Shown here piece after piece: positions 1-12,999 of a stretch of DNA of 64,000 nt. The notes beneath the pieces are model-generated. The model searched no databases. It was given only the letters and a program-made list of their open reading frames with translations, and had not been told where the DNA came from. The position numbers and the translations under genes were made by a program. Position 1 is the stretch's first letter. Every line of letters begins with the position of its first letter. Where the stretch lies: NCBI RefSeq assembly GCF_009834535.1, contig NC_045696.1, positions 75,022,001 to 75,086,000 of the forward strand, given 5' to 3'. The stretch comes from Camelus ferus (taxonomy: Eukaryota).

Positions 1-250
1 AGGACAAAATATGCAGCAGAAATGAACAGAAAATAGTCTCAGACTTGCCACTGTCACTTGACTTGTATAGAGAAAGGTTTCTTAATTCGTTGGGTAACTC
101 ATTGGGCAATTCAGTATTTTGAACATTTGATTGTGCACTCTTTCAGCCCAAGAACACCATGATATCTTGACAATTTGTTTTTTAACTCCTGCATTGCAAG
201 CCTTTCTTCACCTATATTAGAATGATATTTCCAGATTTCATCATTTAAGG

Positions 251-467
251 CAAGGGTTGTCAAACTGTGGCCCACAGGCCAAGTCCAGCTCACCACCTGC
301 TTTTATAAATAAAGTTTAATGGGAACACAGCCAATAAATTGTGTTTACATATTGTCAGTGATGTTTTTACAACAGTAGAGTTGAGCAGATACTATAGAGA
401 CCATGTGGCCTGCAAAACCTAAAATATTTACTATCTGGCCTCTTACAGAAAAAGATTGCTGACCCTG
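251..467 (+). mobile_element. MER58A-like hAT-Charlie MITE
   Basis: CAAGGGTTGTCAAACTGTGGCCCACAGGCCAAGTCC...CCTGCAAAACCTAAAATATTTACTATCTGGCCTCTTACAGAAAAAGATTGCTGACCCTG matches the MER58A consensus end to end. Confidence 0.85.
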
Positions 468-3400
468 AAGTTTGGCCCTAAAGGGCATAAGAATTACTTG
501 ATATAAAGTGGAGAATTTTCTAAATGCACACTGGCTAATAAGTCACCCCCAATCCTGCCTTTGCAACCACAATCCTACAATTTCAATCTAAGTCCTCTGG
601 AAACAAAAACAGAGGCATTAATTTGAAGCCGGTGAAGTTAAAATCTTGAAATAGTAAAGTATCTCATGTAAGTCACTTAATTAGGTATTTTCAGTGTTGG
701 GAGCTCAGTACCTGATACAGAAGTTTTTGTGAAGCACTTCTAAAGTTATCCCTAAAGGTTGCTATTCCTAACCTACTTCATTCCAACAGTTCTGCCATCT
801 GTTTTTTTCACATATTGATAGCAATCACAATTTTCCAGAGGCCTTTTTACCCCCAATTCCTTTAACCATGATTCAGGTGAGATAGTTTATTGTCATCTTC
901 TTTGCCATTACTGGATGTGTTCTTTTGCTAATATTCATTTCAAAATGCAGCAACCAAAATCTAGTACAATACTCTGGAGTCAATATCACCAAGGCAGAGT
1001 ACAGAAAACTATTACTTCAGTGTGGATTATAAGTCTCTATAAATACAGCCTAAGACAGCAGAGACTTTTTATGACTTGCTATTTTGAAGTATACACTTGC
1101 AAATTTAGGGAATATCTATACTGAGTCCCTTGTAGCTTAATCGCTTCAAACTGGCCACGATTTGCTAAAATAAGCACCTTGTATTTTCTAGATATCTATG
1201 TTCACAAATATGGAAGCTGTAATAAATGTCTGTTGAATGACCAAAGGTTTTATAAACACTTATTTTTTATTTAACTGATACATTTAATAAATATTATCTA
1301 ATGATACATTTACAAATGTGTATATTTAGATATATATTGACAAGATATTTTCCACCCTTATTCTCAGACAGGTCAACAGGAAAACATTAGTTTTGTGGCT
1401 AACTCAGTTGCCAAAGTCGCATTTCAATTGTATCTATTTGCTCATTACCTAGAAAATAAGCTTTTCTGTTTTTTTTTATTACAAATTAATCTTTAGTCTG
1501 ATTTAGAACATTAGAACAAAAACTTGCCTCTACACTTGCTACAGAAATAACATGATTAAAATCTCAGTTAATAATTCTATGGTCTGATTACTCTTTAATA
1601 TTTATTTCCAGAGTTAATTACTCCCTTTCTTGATGTTACCCAGCCTCTTATATGTATTTCTAAAATTGTACCTTAATACACTCTTACCAAAATTATCTAC
1701 ATCCATGTTTGACTTCCTGCTAGGCTGTGAACTTTTCCAGGATAGGGTCTTTATTTGGGTCACTACAGTCCTAGAAGATAAATGAGTAGGTAGGAAAACT
1801 AATCTGTTGAAATTATCCCAGGGAAAATGATACAAGGGCCTAAACAAAGAGAGGTAGCAAGAGTAATAAGCAAGAAGGAGATGGATGAAGATATGCTACA
1901 AAGGAAAATCAAAAGCATTGAGACTAACTGTATTTGAGGGATAAGAAGCATAATTTCAAATGAATTTCACTGCAGTGGTTATACACGGGAAGCAAGTGTC
2001 TTTCAGTACAATTTTTCTGATCCCCAGTTAAGGCCTCTAAAATTCTCTTCCTCTAGGAGTCAATGAGCTGTTGTTGGAGTGAGTCCAAAGGGACAGCTGT
2101 AAAATACACTAGCTCTGGAAGGATGCGTGTTATTCATTTCTTTCAGAGTGCTGTCCTTCACTGACCTTTAGAAGCAAACCATCAGAAAACAGATTTAACT
2201 CACTCTTTTAGTGATTCAGACAGACCTTAACAACTTCAGGTTGGAAAATCAAGTTCTTACCACTAGGATATAGAAAATTCAAATTCCTTTAGTAGGGGAT
2301 GAAATTAATTTTCACTATTAAATTCATAGTGCTATAGAAAAGGTGTTATGAAAATACATTTCAGAGACAATGCATTATTTAAGATAAAGGTTCCCTAACA
2401 TGAGGTCCATAGATGGGCTTAGGAAGGGTCTCACTAACGGATTTTTAAAAACAGTGACAAACAATTATGGTCTACACCATGTAGACTTTTGATTATCAAC
2501 AAATGTAAACAAGGAGTATTTAGGTGGGTTAAAAGAACCCAGTATAAGTAGCAGAATCAAATGTGGTAAGCAAACGTAAGACCAATTAATAAAGTGAAAT
2601 ATAGATCTCAGATTATTAAATAAATTACAAATTTAATTTCCATAGTTTATATAGATAAAGAAAACATACCAAATATAAAAATATAGTTACTAATTCCCCC
2701 AATTTGAACTTTAAAAATTCAAATTTTAGTGCATGACAGGATAAATTAAAATTTCTTAAAAATCTCAGCTTAAAAGAGGACCAAATATTAATAGGCAGAG
2801 GTGAAGATTAGAATGATAGGATTATGAGGAAAGGCAAATATAGTTCAACAATGTAGAAAATACAGTAAGAGATATTTCATAATATCACATAATTTAATAG
2901 GGACAAATGATTCCATAGTTACTTCGTTTCCAGGAAGTATTTTTCTCCTCTTTGTGAGGAGTCAAAGCAGATTATCATAGCTTCACATAAAACAAGCAGC
3001 AGGCAGTCAGAAGTAAACTGTAAATCAGGTAACTCTAGAAATCCCATTTACTTTTTCAGACCAAGATGGCAGTATTTGGTAAATTATGACTTTAAAACAT
3101 AGAATTAAAAGAATGGTTAATACCTCAAATAAAAATATACATTAATACTTTGCCTTGTTTTTCTAGTTGTAGAAAAGAGTAGTAAATTCTAATTCTTTGA
3201 TTCCTCTTTATTAACCAGGCCACCTTGTGACTAACAGCATGCATTGGTAAGACAAGTGGACAGCATCAAGGGTGCCTCTTTTTGTCCAAAGAAAAGAGTA
3301 AAGCCAATCATTCCGTAAAGAGGATCTACCCAGTGACTTAAGCTTTAACATCTTAACACGTGCAGCAGATGAATACAAGGGACCTTAAAATGTTATAGAA

Positions 3401-6400
3401 ACCTCCACAGTTTTTAGTTCCATACTAAATAATTCAGTATTTAGCAGCAAAGAGAACAACATATATGAAAACAGTCTTGTTCTAACGGCAGAGTACAAAT
3501 GGTCTAACCAGAGTGTTTTCTTTGGTTCAGATCACTGCTCCATCATCCTCAGCTCTACTGATCCCATGGAGAATTCTGCAATTTTTAAGACTTCTTCAGG
3601 AGAGGAAATTTCAGGCAGTTCCCATATTTGCATAAGTTGAATAAAAACAGTTATTACCTCACAGTGATGTTGTAAGAATTAAATAAGATAATACATGTAA
3701 AAAAAATCCTTAGCACAGTGCTTAGAGGGTAAAAATTCAATGAAGGTTCCTTCTCTCTTACCTACTGGATCAATGCTATCTAGATTTATGTGTCCAGAAA
3801 GGGACAGAACTTTATTGTTTCGGGCCTACTGTAAGGAGATGACAGATACTTTTAAAAGATATTTTAAAAAATTATTTTAAAAAATTTTGATGCAATAAAA
3901 ATATTTTTTATTGTTGTGTTTCATATCTGTACAGATGTCTGTCTTCATCTTTATATTTGTCTCTGTTATTCTTACTAAAACACAAAATTCCTAAAGGATG
4001 AGGCCTATATCTTTAATTCAGTCTGTACACTCTCAGCAGAGCATAAAATCAAATGGTCTTCTGATATATTTCAACAATGATAAAACACAATAGAAAATAA
4101 TCAAATACAAGTCAACAAAACACATAAGAAAAAAGCAGATGGAAATACATACAAAAATTCCTGTTTTAGAATAATGCTATACATAATTTATAAAATCTAC
4201 TTTTAAGTTTATACATGAGATTATATTGGTTTTCTTTTAAAGAAAAAGGGGGATACTGCCATGAGTAATAGCAGTAGAAACGCAAAGTCATGGTAACAAA
4301 TATTTTTGGCTCTTTGGACTGAAAAAAAAAAAATGACCAATGAGGAAAAGCAAGAAGTAAAGGGGAATGAAACAGACCACACTACTGATTTTCTCTTCTT
4401 GTTAAAATAAATGCCTTTTAATCATATTTGGATTGATCAGAAATAAGCAGGAGTGATCTTTCTGGGCCAAAATCCAACAGCAAAGCTCATGTCCCTCTAG
4501 TAAGATACTGTTTATTAGTTCACTGAAGCAATACTTAAAGGAAATTTGGTATAATGTAGAGGGTAATTTTTTTTTAATAAGAAAAAAGATACTCCTAGTA
4601 AAATGGTTACAAAGTAGTATCTTTTATACAAAGAGAGAAACAACCCTAAGGTATTTAAATTTGGCAGCTGCATCTACATTTAAGGGCCAAGAGTATACTT
4701 CACAACAGTGAAAACAGAAGCCTAATTATGCACCCAATTGCCTCCATGAAAATTTAACCAATATGAGATCAGTGAAGAGATCAGCCCAGCAAGGAAGCAT
4801 GGCCTACTATAAGGAAATGCAAAATATGGAGGGGTTCTTGAAATGTTACTCCAATTTTCTGCTAAGCAAAAATTTTAGCTCCCACAGAATGTTATGAGAA
4901 TAGGTTCCTAAAGCTTAATCTTTTGCAATAAATGAAAGTTTATAACCAAACTTATTATTAACCAAAAAACAGGGCTCACTGTCCTTTTCAATACCCCTTT
5001 ACAAATGAGGCTCATGTCCCATATGTTTCAGGATGAAAATCTATTTAGTACTTGGAATTAGATGGATGATGCCAACCACACTGTTTCTTTCGTGATTGAT
5101 GTGTTCACTTAACAAAGTATAAAAGGGCTCTACTTTTCAGCTTAAAGTCAGTATTAAAATTAACTCTCCCCTCTTTTTCTTTCAAAAGCCTGGGGGCTTC
5201 ACAAAAAATAACTTCACTCTTTCTTATCCTACTGAAGCTAACAACTATCCTGGACTTGGCTGATCTGGAAAATAGTCATTTCCTAGTGATCTAAGGAGAA
5301 AGAAGAGACAAAAGAGTACATCATCCAGGGCCCATCTAGATAAATTCATTAAAGAATTTAAGAATATTTAGATTAAACATCTTAATTAAATCAGAAACAT
5401 CTAGAAAAAGGTAACACTAGAAACGAGCCTTCTAGCTCACTCAACTTGATTCTTTTAAAGACCCGTAACAAGCTGAAGGCAAGATATTTCCGTAAGTCAT
5501 TCACAAATGAGAACTTCTTTCTTTGCAGTTTATCAAATGGCTTTTCCCTCTTTCATTTTTGTTTCTTTCTGGAATATGTATAATGCCTTCATAAGCCTTT
5601 CCATAGCTTTGAATACCTCAACAGTGTTCTTTCAAGTTTTCCTGCTATTATGCAGAGGGTGGAGGAACTTTTGCTTCACACTGTTCCTCTTTTGTCTTTT
5701 CCTCTCTTTATCAAGAATGAATAGCTACCTTATTTCCTTATGCCACAGGATGAAGACATAATTTAGGGACTCCTAGGCAATTAGTATTCCTTCTGGTGGT
5801 ACCCCTCTAGTGTCTGGATGTATTGAAACTTGTCTGCACCCCACTGATTAACCTTATGGTCTTTCCTGACAATGATGAAAAGATGAGTCTTGCATAACAA
5901 ACCTTATGCTCCCATTATAAACAAAGTGAACCTTGGGTCAGCTACAGGTTTCTCAGTAGAATGAGTTGCTCTATCTTCCTTGCACAGAACAGGCAGTTAA
6001 TATCCACAAAGAAAAAAAAAAAAAACCTCAAATACCAAAATAGTAAATTTTCACTCTAATTCGGACCAATAAAGTTGGAGCTAGCAACTTTGATTGGGGG
6101 TATTAGCAGACTTGAAATATTCCCCTAACTGCATCCAGATATATTTCATAAAAAGTCTCTTTGCTTTGGAGTATTATTTTCATTTTTGACCAACTCAATA
6201 TTCCAGATTTAATAGATTTGTACTATCTACCAAAGGCCAAATTGATCTGGGAGAGAGAATGAGGGGCCAATTATAAAGCTTCATTATATCTGTGGTCTCC
6301 TATACATTTCCCTATTTCCTGAGGACAAGTGTTCATAAAACTGCAACTACCATATCTGTGCCTATGATTACATACTACCATGCACAAATAATGAACAAAG

Positions 6401-6610
6401 CAGATATTTATATATCATTGCTGTAATTGGTTGTTGCAAGGACAATATTTTCAAAATCGAATAATAAGATCTGGACTGTGCTGCAATGATCATGGTAGTG
6501 ATTTTGCCAATACTGAGAAATTAAGGAGAAAGTGCAAATGGACTTCATCAATTTGCTTTGCAGCAGGAAAACAGCCTGCTGGTAAGCGAATCAAAGAAAA
6601 ATGTTAATTT

Positions 6611-6717
6611 AAAAATATGGAGTATGTCTTGAATGTGTGTATCAACCTTACACAGGGACCATGCTAGTCTTCTGTTGCCATTCTAATTTTAGTAGTATAT
6701 TCTGTGGAAACAGGTAC
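6611..6717 (-). pseudogene. Degenerate full-length U6 snRNA retrocopy
   Basis: AAAAATATGGAGTATGTCTTGAATGTGTGTATCAACCTTACACAGGGACCATGCTAGTCTTCTG...TCTAATTTTAGTAGTATATTCTGTGGAAACAGGTAC aligns along the reverse complement of U6, with many CpG-decay substitutions. Confidence 0.85.
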
Positions 6718-8932
6718 TATCCAATGAACTTTTACCAAAAATACTAGGAGGACGTTGCCTTTAGTTTCATTCATCCCATAAAATTAAGCATCAGTGTAAT
6801 ACAGTGTCATGAAAACACATTTTAGTTTTACAAAGTACTTATAAATCTGGCTGAAGATGTACTGAGTAAGTCTGGTTATCACATCAATATGTAGATCCCT
6901 GAAATTTTTGTTTATTTACTTAACCTTGCTATTATCCTTTTGCCCCAATACCACAATCTCAGACTTTGTCCTTGAACTGATTTCCTTTCTTAGAAGCCAT
7001 TATTGTAATCTCTTCAAGAATTCTTTCTCTTATATTGTATCTTTTGATATATTACTGACATTTTTACAACAGATACAAAGCATAGCATACATAGGGCATT
7101 GAAATTTTATTTCACTACATTTCACTTAAGATGATCACATAATGTCTATTCTTAATCTGCTCATTTCACATGCCAAATTTATTGGCCAAAACAAGTAGTC
7201 CCAAGTTTTACTGAACTTAAATAAACCTATAAAGAGCTACTTGCAAATATGTTCCATTTTCTTCAAACTATACTCTAATGAATTTAAGATACTATGTTAT
7301 TTGTTCAGTGAATACCACCCAACTCTATCTACAGGTAACACTACACTTCAAGAGGGATGCAACGACACTAGATGAAAGATGTGAAATATAGTAGAAACTT
7401 GATTTTTAAAATTTGCTTTTTCAATGATAAAGACCAAACAATAACATTATATTCTGATATCTGCTCCATTTTCTGGCAATAACAGAATGCTTTAGTATTA
7501 CACAAATAATGGTGAAAAATTCCATTGCAAGCAATTATTGATCAACTTTAATAGTGATTTATCACACTTCAGTATTTGCTCTCTGGTAAAAGCAGTACTA
7601 CTTCAATAAAGAAGCAAAATTTGGAGTAATGCAGGATAGCTGCCTGGCAAGCAAAGGAATACAAATCTCCCAGAAGTGGAATCAGAGAGATGGTAGCTTA
7701 ATTTCAGCAAAAGCATCGCCTAGCCCAGCTGTGAAAGCAGCAGTCCTACAAATGACAGCAACAATGCAGTCATGTAAGCACAGGTACTTTTTAAAAAAAC
7801 TCAGTGTTTTTAGCCAACACAATATGGATAAGATACTTCAGAATCCATTTAATGATGGAAGAGAAATATTAGTAGATGCGTTTCACTTTGTCCTTTCAAA
7901 TATTTACTATTCACTTAGACTTGATACAGCACAATGTACCAAGTATGTGGGAAATGACAGTTACCATACCTTAAAAATTAGAGCAATGAGAATGACAAAC
8001 TGAAACCAGTGTAGCTGTATAAACATCAACATAAGTGATCAGTCTGTAGAATATTTTCATTTTTATTCATTGGTGCAAATATATCATCAGTTGGCCATCG
8101 AAGGCAATCAGTTAAACAATAAATTACATTATAATAATTCAGTAAGTTAAGTGCTTCCTTAATATGTAATGACTGACAAAAACTTTTAAACTGGTTATTT
8201 AACATAAGTCATTAAATTATTATCCCCCAAACTGCTTCACCCATAATGATTCATTAGTTAATTTTGCTGAAATTAAAATAAATGCACAGAGGGAAATAGA
8301 AAAGAAGGTTTGAAAAAGCAACCTTAAAGAGCTAAAATTCTAAACCTTCACTAGGAAGCAGTACCTCAAGAAAGGGAATGATTGCAAAGATTAAAGCGAA
8401 GAGATAAGAGAAATTTCTAGGTTGAAGAGACATTGTGGGGGACATTAACACATACTTTTGTGTGTTTTGTGTCCAATAATGGTTATTATAGGAATGGATA
8501 CACTGATGGACAATCTTGATGCGATGAAAATTCAGCATGAGAGCATCTATTAGATAAGGAGTACATTTAAATCTCTATTTCTTAAATTGCAAGATTAAGG
8601 TTAAACTAAAACTGGAACACAGACGTTTAACTTCATGTAGTCAATACTAATAATCTCTGTTATTTAATAGTTGCTTTATGGCCTATGCAATTATAATTTG
8701 GTAGTCTCAACCAATTTTGAATGGTATAAGAAAAAAATAGGCAGAAAAAAATTATTTAAAGTATCTCTACTGTCTCTTTTGGAAGTCAGAAATTCATCTT
8801 CTGTCACAAAGTCCTCAAAACAATGAAATATCTTTTTCTAAAAAGATTAAAAGTATGGTCTCTATTTTTATAGCATAATAAACAAAATCACAACAATTAG
8901 CTTATTCTTTTTTTTTTTTTAAATCTACTTTT

Positions 8933-9055
8933 GAAGGGAGGATATAGCTCAGTGGTAAAGCGCATGCTTAGCATGCACAAGGTCCTGGGTTCAATCCCTA
9001 GTACCTCCATTTAAAAAAGAAGCAAAAGGAAGGAAAAGAAAATAAACAAACAAAC
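8933..9055 (+). mobile_element. tRNA-derived SINE (camelid Vic-1-like)
   Basis: TATAGCTCAGTGGTAAAGCGCATGCTTAGCATGCACAAGGTCCTGGGTTCAATCCC (A and B boxes), A-rich tail, perfect 12-bp TSD AAATCTACTTTT at 8921-8932 and 9056-9067. Confidence 0.9.
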
Positions 9056-10227
9056 AAATCTACTTTTATATCTCCAGGAATCAACTAATTAAAACCTGTG
9101 CTTGGTTCCTTTGTTAAACTGGCCTTAAAATACTAGTGTTCTTACCCATCACTAGTCTACTTATAATAGTATCATTAACACTAAGATCCAAATAACAGTG
9201 CCATATATATGACTGCACTTTAGTTTCCACAAAAGCAAAATTCTGAAAAGAGCATGAGTCATTATCCCTAGGGTAAAAAAATTATGTTTCTTTGGTCAGA
9301 ATAGGAAATTTATTACTGAAACCAGTAATTTAGCCTAGAAATTCATTTTCTGAGTAAAAGGAACAGAATGTTTCTTTTCTCTATTAGAACAGTCCAAAAC
9401 TGGCAGAACTGTCCATCTGTCTGCTTTCACTACTCTCCATATCTGCTTTGTGGTGACAGAAAAACAACCTTTACTTTAGCTATTTTCAGAACTGTTCCTT
9501 TTGTTAGGATGTCATTTTCCCAGGACAAAATACGGACACATATACACATGTGCTCACTCACACATCCTCTCTCTCTCTCTTACTATTTGCGCATGTATTA
9601 CAAAGTCACTATAATATATATGAGACCATTCTAAAAGTGGACATTTCTACAAGGTTAAACGTCAAGAGGTTCTCAGGTTCATATGCTATATCTCATCGTA
9701 AAATACATTCAAAATTAAAGGGTTAAAATTACCAGGGTAAGGGACTATTGATTTTATAAATGATTTAAAGTTCCCCCCAAATTATCCTAATAAAAAGTCA
9801 AAATAATCTTTCTGTGATATTTTCCTGGCCTCCTTAAATTGCTTCTTTTGTTGGTCGCTCTTACTCTGCTCATTAGTCAAATGTGGGCATTTTTCACGAC
9901 ATCACCACTCTCAATCTGCAAGGTTAGAACCTCTGGAGTTCTCAACTCCTCTTACATGATGTCACTTCCAGCCACTAAACCTGCCCTCAAATTCATCCCT
10001 TTTTTTTTTTTCTTTGCCATCTTCTGTATCACTATTAGACCCTAAAAAGTTCTCACATGGAACACTGATCTGTTTCTAGCTCAACAAGCATTCATTAAGC
10101 AATTGCTTTCTACAAGATGCTGGAAATTAACATGAAGCGATAACTGATGAAAAAGAGAGGAAAAACAATCATTCATATATGTTTATAAATGAAGGTCAGA
10201 AGGACAGAATGCTCACCTTTGTTATCT

Positions 10228-10372
10228 TTCTTTTTTGAGGAGAAGCAATTAGGTTGATTTATTTATTAAAAAAATTTTTTTACTACTTTTTAAATGGAGG
10301 TACTGGGAATTGAACCCAGGACCTCGTGCATGCTAAGCATGCACTCTACCACTGAGCTATACCTGCCCCTCC
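10228..10372 (-). mobile_element. tRNA-derived SINE (Vic-1-like)
   Basis: GGAGGTACTGGGAATTGAACCCAGGACCTCGTGCATGCTAAGCATGCACTCTACCACTGAGCTATACC is the reverse complement of the SINE head; T-rich tail on the left. Confidence 0.9.
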
Positions 10373-11632
10373 GCCCATTACCTTTTAATCTACAGGTAGA
10401 ATGTAATAATTACAGGAGAAAGTGTGTGTGTGTATATGTGTCCTATTAAGGGAGACAGTGAACGAAAAGGATTTCTCATAGGTACAGAGGGCACAGCCAG
10501 TTAAGTGGGCAATATGAACTAAGGCAAAAGCCCTGAAAGCATACACAATATAATTTCTCCTCTCCCCAATTGATTATCCACAGTATCACTAGAACTGACT
10601 ACCTAAAACACACATCTAATCATATCACTACTCAATTAAAATAATATGATGAATCTCTAGAATCTATAGAATATAGCTCAAACTCAAAGCCTCATGAACC
10701 ATTACAACAATGCTCTCTGCCTTTACTCTCTTTTCCCTCACACTCTAAGCTCTAATCCTATTGGATCAATCTTTTCTCTTCAGTTTTCTTTGCATTTGTA
10801 AATAACGTTCATGATCTTTCTTCTATCTCCATCCCCTATTGCCATTTCAATCAAACTGATTCTTTAAATTCAACCCAAATATCTTCCCTATAGTTCCTCA
10901 CAGTCTCATTAAACTTGGCTTTCAATGCCAGATGAACTTTAGAATCACCTTGTTAGGTTCAAATACAATGCTCCAAGTAATACTTGGTCATATTTTAATT
11001 AAGAACACTTTGATTTATACTAAGACAGAATTAACATTTTTACAAGATAATCTTCTTATTCTAGTATGTATTTTCACTTTTCTAAGTATTGTTCAATGTT
11101 CATCAGTAGTTACTTAATTGAACTATAATTAACATACAATAAACTGCACACATCTTAAGTATTAAGCTGGATGATTTTTAACTTTTTACATCTGTGTAAC
11201 CATCACACAAAACAAGATACAGATGACTCCAAAATGTTTCCTCATGCTCTTTTCCAATTAACTTCTCTCTCTGCCCCCAATCATATTTTGATTTCTGTAA
11301 TTACAGAGTAGTTTTACTGGTTCTTGACTTCATATAAATTGAATCACACAGTGTATATACTCTTTTGTGTTTGGCTTCTTTCAGTTAACACACTGTTTTG
11401 GAGATTTATCCATGTTGTTAATATATCACTAATTAGTTCTTTTAAATCACCAAGGAATATTCCAAAATTTATTACAATTTGTTTATCCATTCTCCAGTTG
11501 TCGAAGATATAAGCTTTTTAGAGTTTTGACTATAAACATTCTTACATCAGTTTTTACTGTTTTTGTTTTAGTGGACATATACCATTATTTCTCTTGGTAA
11601 ATACTTAAAGAGTGAAATGCTGGGTTGTATGG

Positions 11633-12133
11633 TGTATAGACTGACTGCTTATCCTTAAAAAGGCCTGCTTGCAAAGCCGGCCCTTAGTGTCTGAGAACTT
11701 GGATCTCGGATACTGAGGGGATTTCTATCTCCTAACTGATAAGAGTGGTTCAGTGTACCTAAACTGTTCATGAAAAAAATACGGTTTATGTTTAAGACCT
11801 GCTTTCCTTCTGGAACATGGGTATGTGCTAGGCAGAGGGAGCAGCCTCTAAAGCAAGACTTGTGCACTGAATCTCTAACAAGCTTTTCTATTGGCTACAT
11901 TTCACACATTCCTCCTTGCTGGGGGAATTCAGTGTTATCTTGTATGACTCCACTGGGAGAAAACCCTTGGAAGCTTGCACCTTGTCTGCCTTGGATTTCT
12001 CCCCATGTACCTTTTCCCTGTGCCGACTGAGCTTTGTATCTTTTGCTGTAATAAATCATAGCCATGAGTATGACGACATGCTGAGTCCTCCTAGCAAACC
12101 ATCATACCTGGTCTTGGTCAACTCCGGACACAC
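11633..12133 (+). mobile_element. MER68-like ERVL solo LTR
   Basis: ATCCTTAAAAAGGCCTGCTTGCAAAG...GACTCCACTGGGAGAAAACCCTTGGAAGCTTGCACC...GCTGTAATAAATCATAGCCATGAGTATGAC...GACACA matches MER68; TG...CA ends and an AATAAA signal. Confidence 0.8.
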
Positions 12134-12567
12134 AATGTAAATGTTATGTTTATAAGAAACTGTCTTCCAGTTTTCCAAAGTGGCTGACCATTTTGTACTC
12201 CCACCAGAAATAAATGAGAGTTCTAGTTGCTCTACACACTCATAACTATTTAGTGGTATCAGTTTTTAATTTTAGCTATTCTAGTGGGAATGTAGTAGTA
12301 TCTCTACAAACTAAAACACTCTGGTTTTAATTTGCATTTACTAATGACTCATGATGTCGAGAATCTTTTTATGTGTTATTGGCCATTTGTATATCTTCTG
12401 TGAAATGTCTATGTCTTTAACCCATTTTTATATTAGGTAGTTGATTTTTTTTAAATGTTCATTTCAGGTTCTTATATATTCTGGATATAAGGTTTTTGTC
12501 ACCTGTAAGTACTGAGAATAATTTTTTTTCTATTTTGTGGTATGCCTATTCATCTTCCTGTTGTCTT

Positions 12568-12700
12568 TGTTTTAGAAAGGAGGAAATAATTAGGTTTACT
12601 TATTTATTTCTAGAGGAGGTAGTGGGGGTTGAACCCAGGACCTCGTGCGTGCTAAGCGTGTGCTCTTGAGTATAGCACTTGAGCTATACTCTTTCCTCCC
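12568..12700 (-). mobile_element. tRNA-derived SINE (Vic-1-like)
   Basis: TAATTAGGTTTACTTATTTATTTCTAGAGGAGGTAGTGGGGGTTGAACCCAGGACCTCGTGCGTGCTAAGC...GAGCTATACTC. Confidence 0.88.
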
Positions 12701-12999
12701 ACTCAATGTCTTTTGATAAGCAAAAAATGTTAATTTTGATAAAGTCCTATTTAATTTTCTTTCATGATTAGTACTATCTATACCTTGTCCTAGAAATTTT
12801 TGCCTTCTCAGTAGAGTTTTAAAAGATCTCTTTATGTAAGTTCTGTTACGGTTTATTAAGCTTATTTCTAGATAAGTGATCTTTTTGTTAATTTTTTGAA
12901 TGGGTTCTTCTCTTCCATTATATAACTGGTTATCGTTCCTATAAAGGAAAACTATGGTTTATTTATATATTAATGTTACAATACCAAGAAGTCATACAG

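Larger units (their letters stand above)
11110..12830 (-). mobile_element. Old L1 (L1M-type) 3' region, interrupted by an LTR and a SINE
   Basis: Typical antisense L1 3'UTR/ORF2-end motifs (AATAAACTGCACACATCTTAAG, TTTTGTGTTTGGCTTCTTTCA, GTTTTAATTTGCATTT, TATTGGCCATTTGTATATCTTC). Confidence 0.75.

Noticed and set aside
7629..8003. 124-aa plus-strand ORF
   Set aside because: No recognisable domain, antisense within an intron, and a length compatible with chance.
8933..9010. Apparent tRNA gene (and similar copies elsewhere)
   Set aside because: A-rich tails, TSDs and multiple diverged copies identify these as SINEs, not functional tRNAs.
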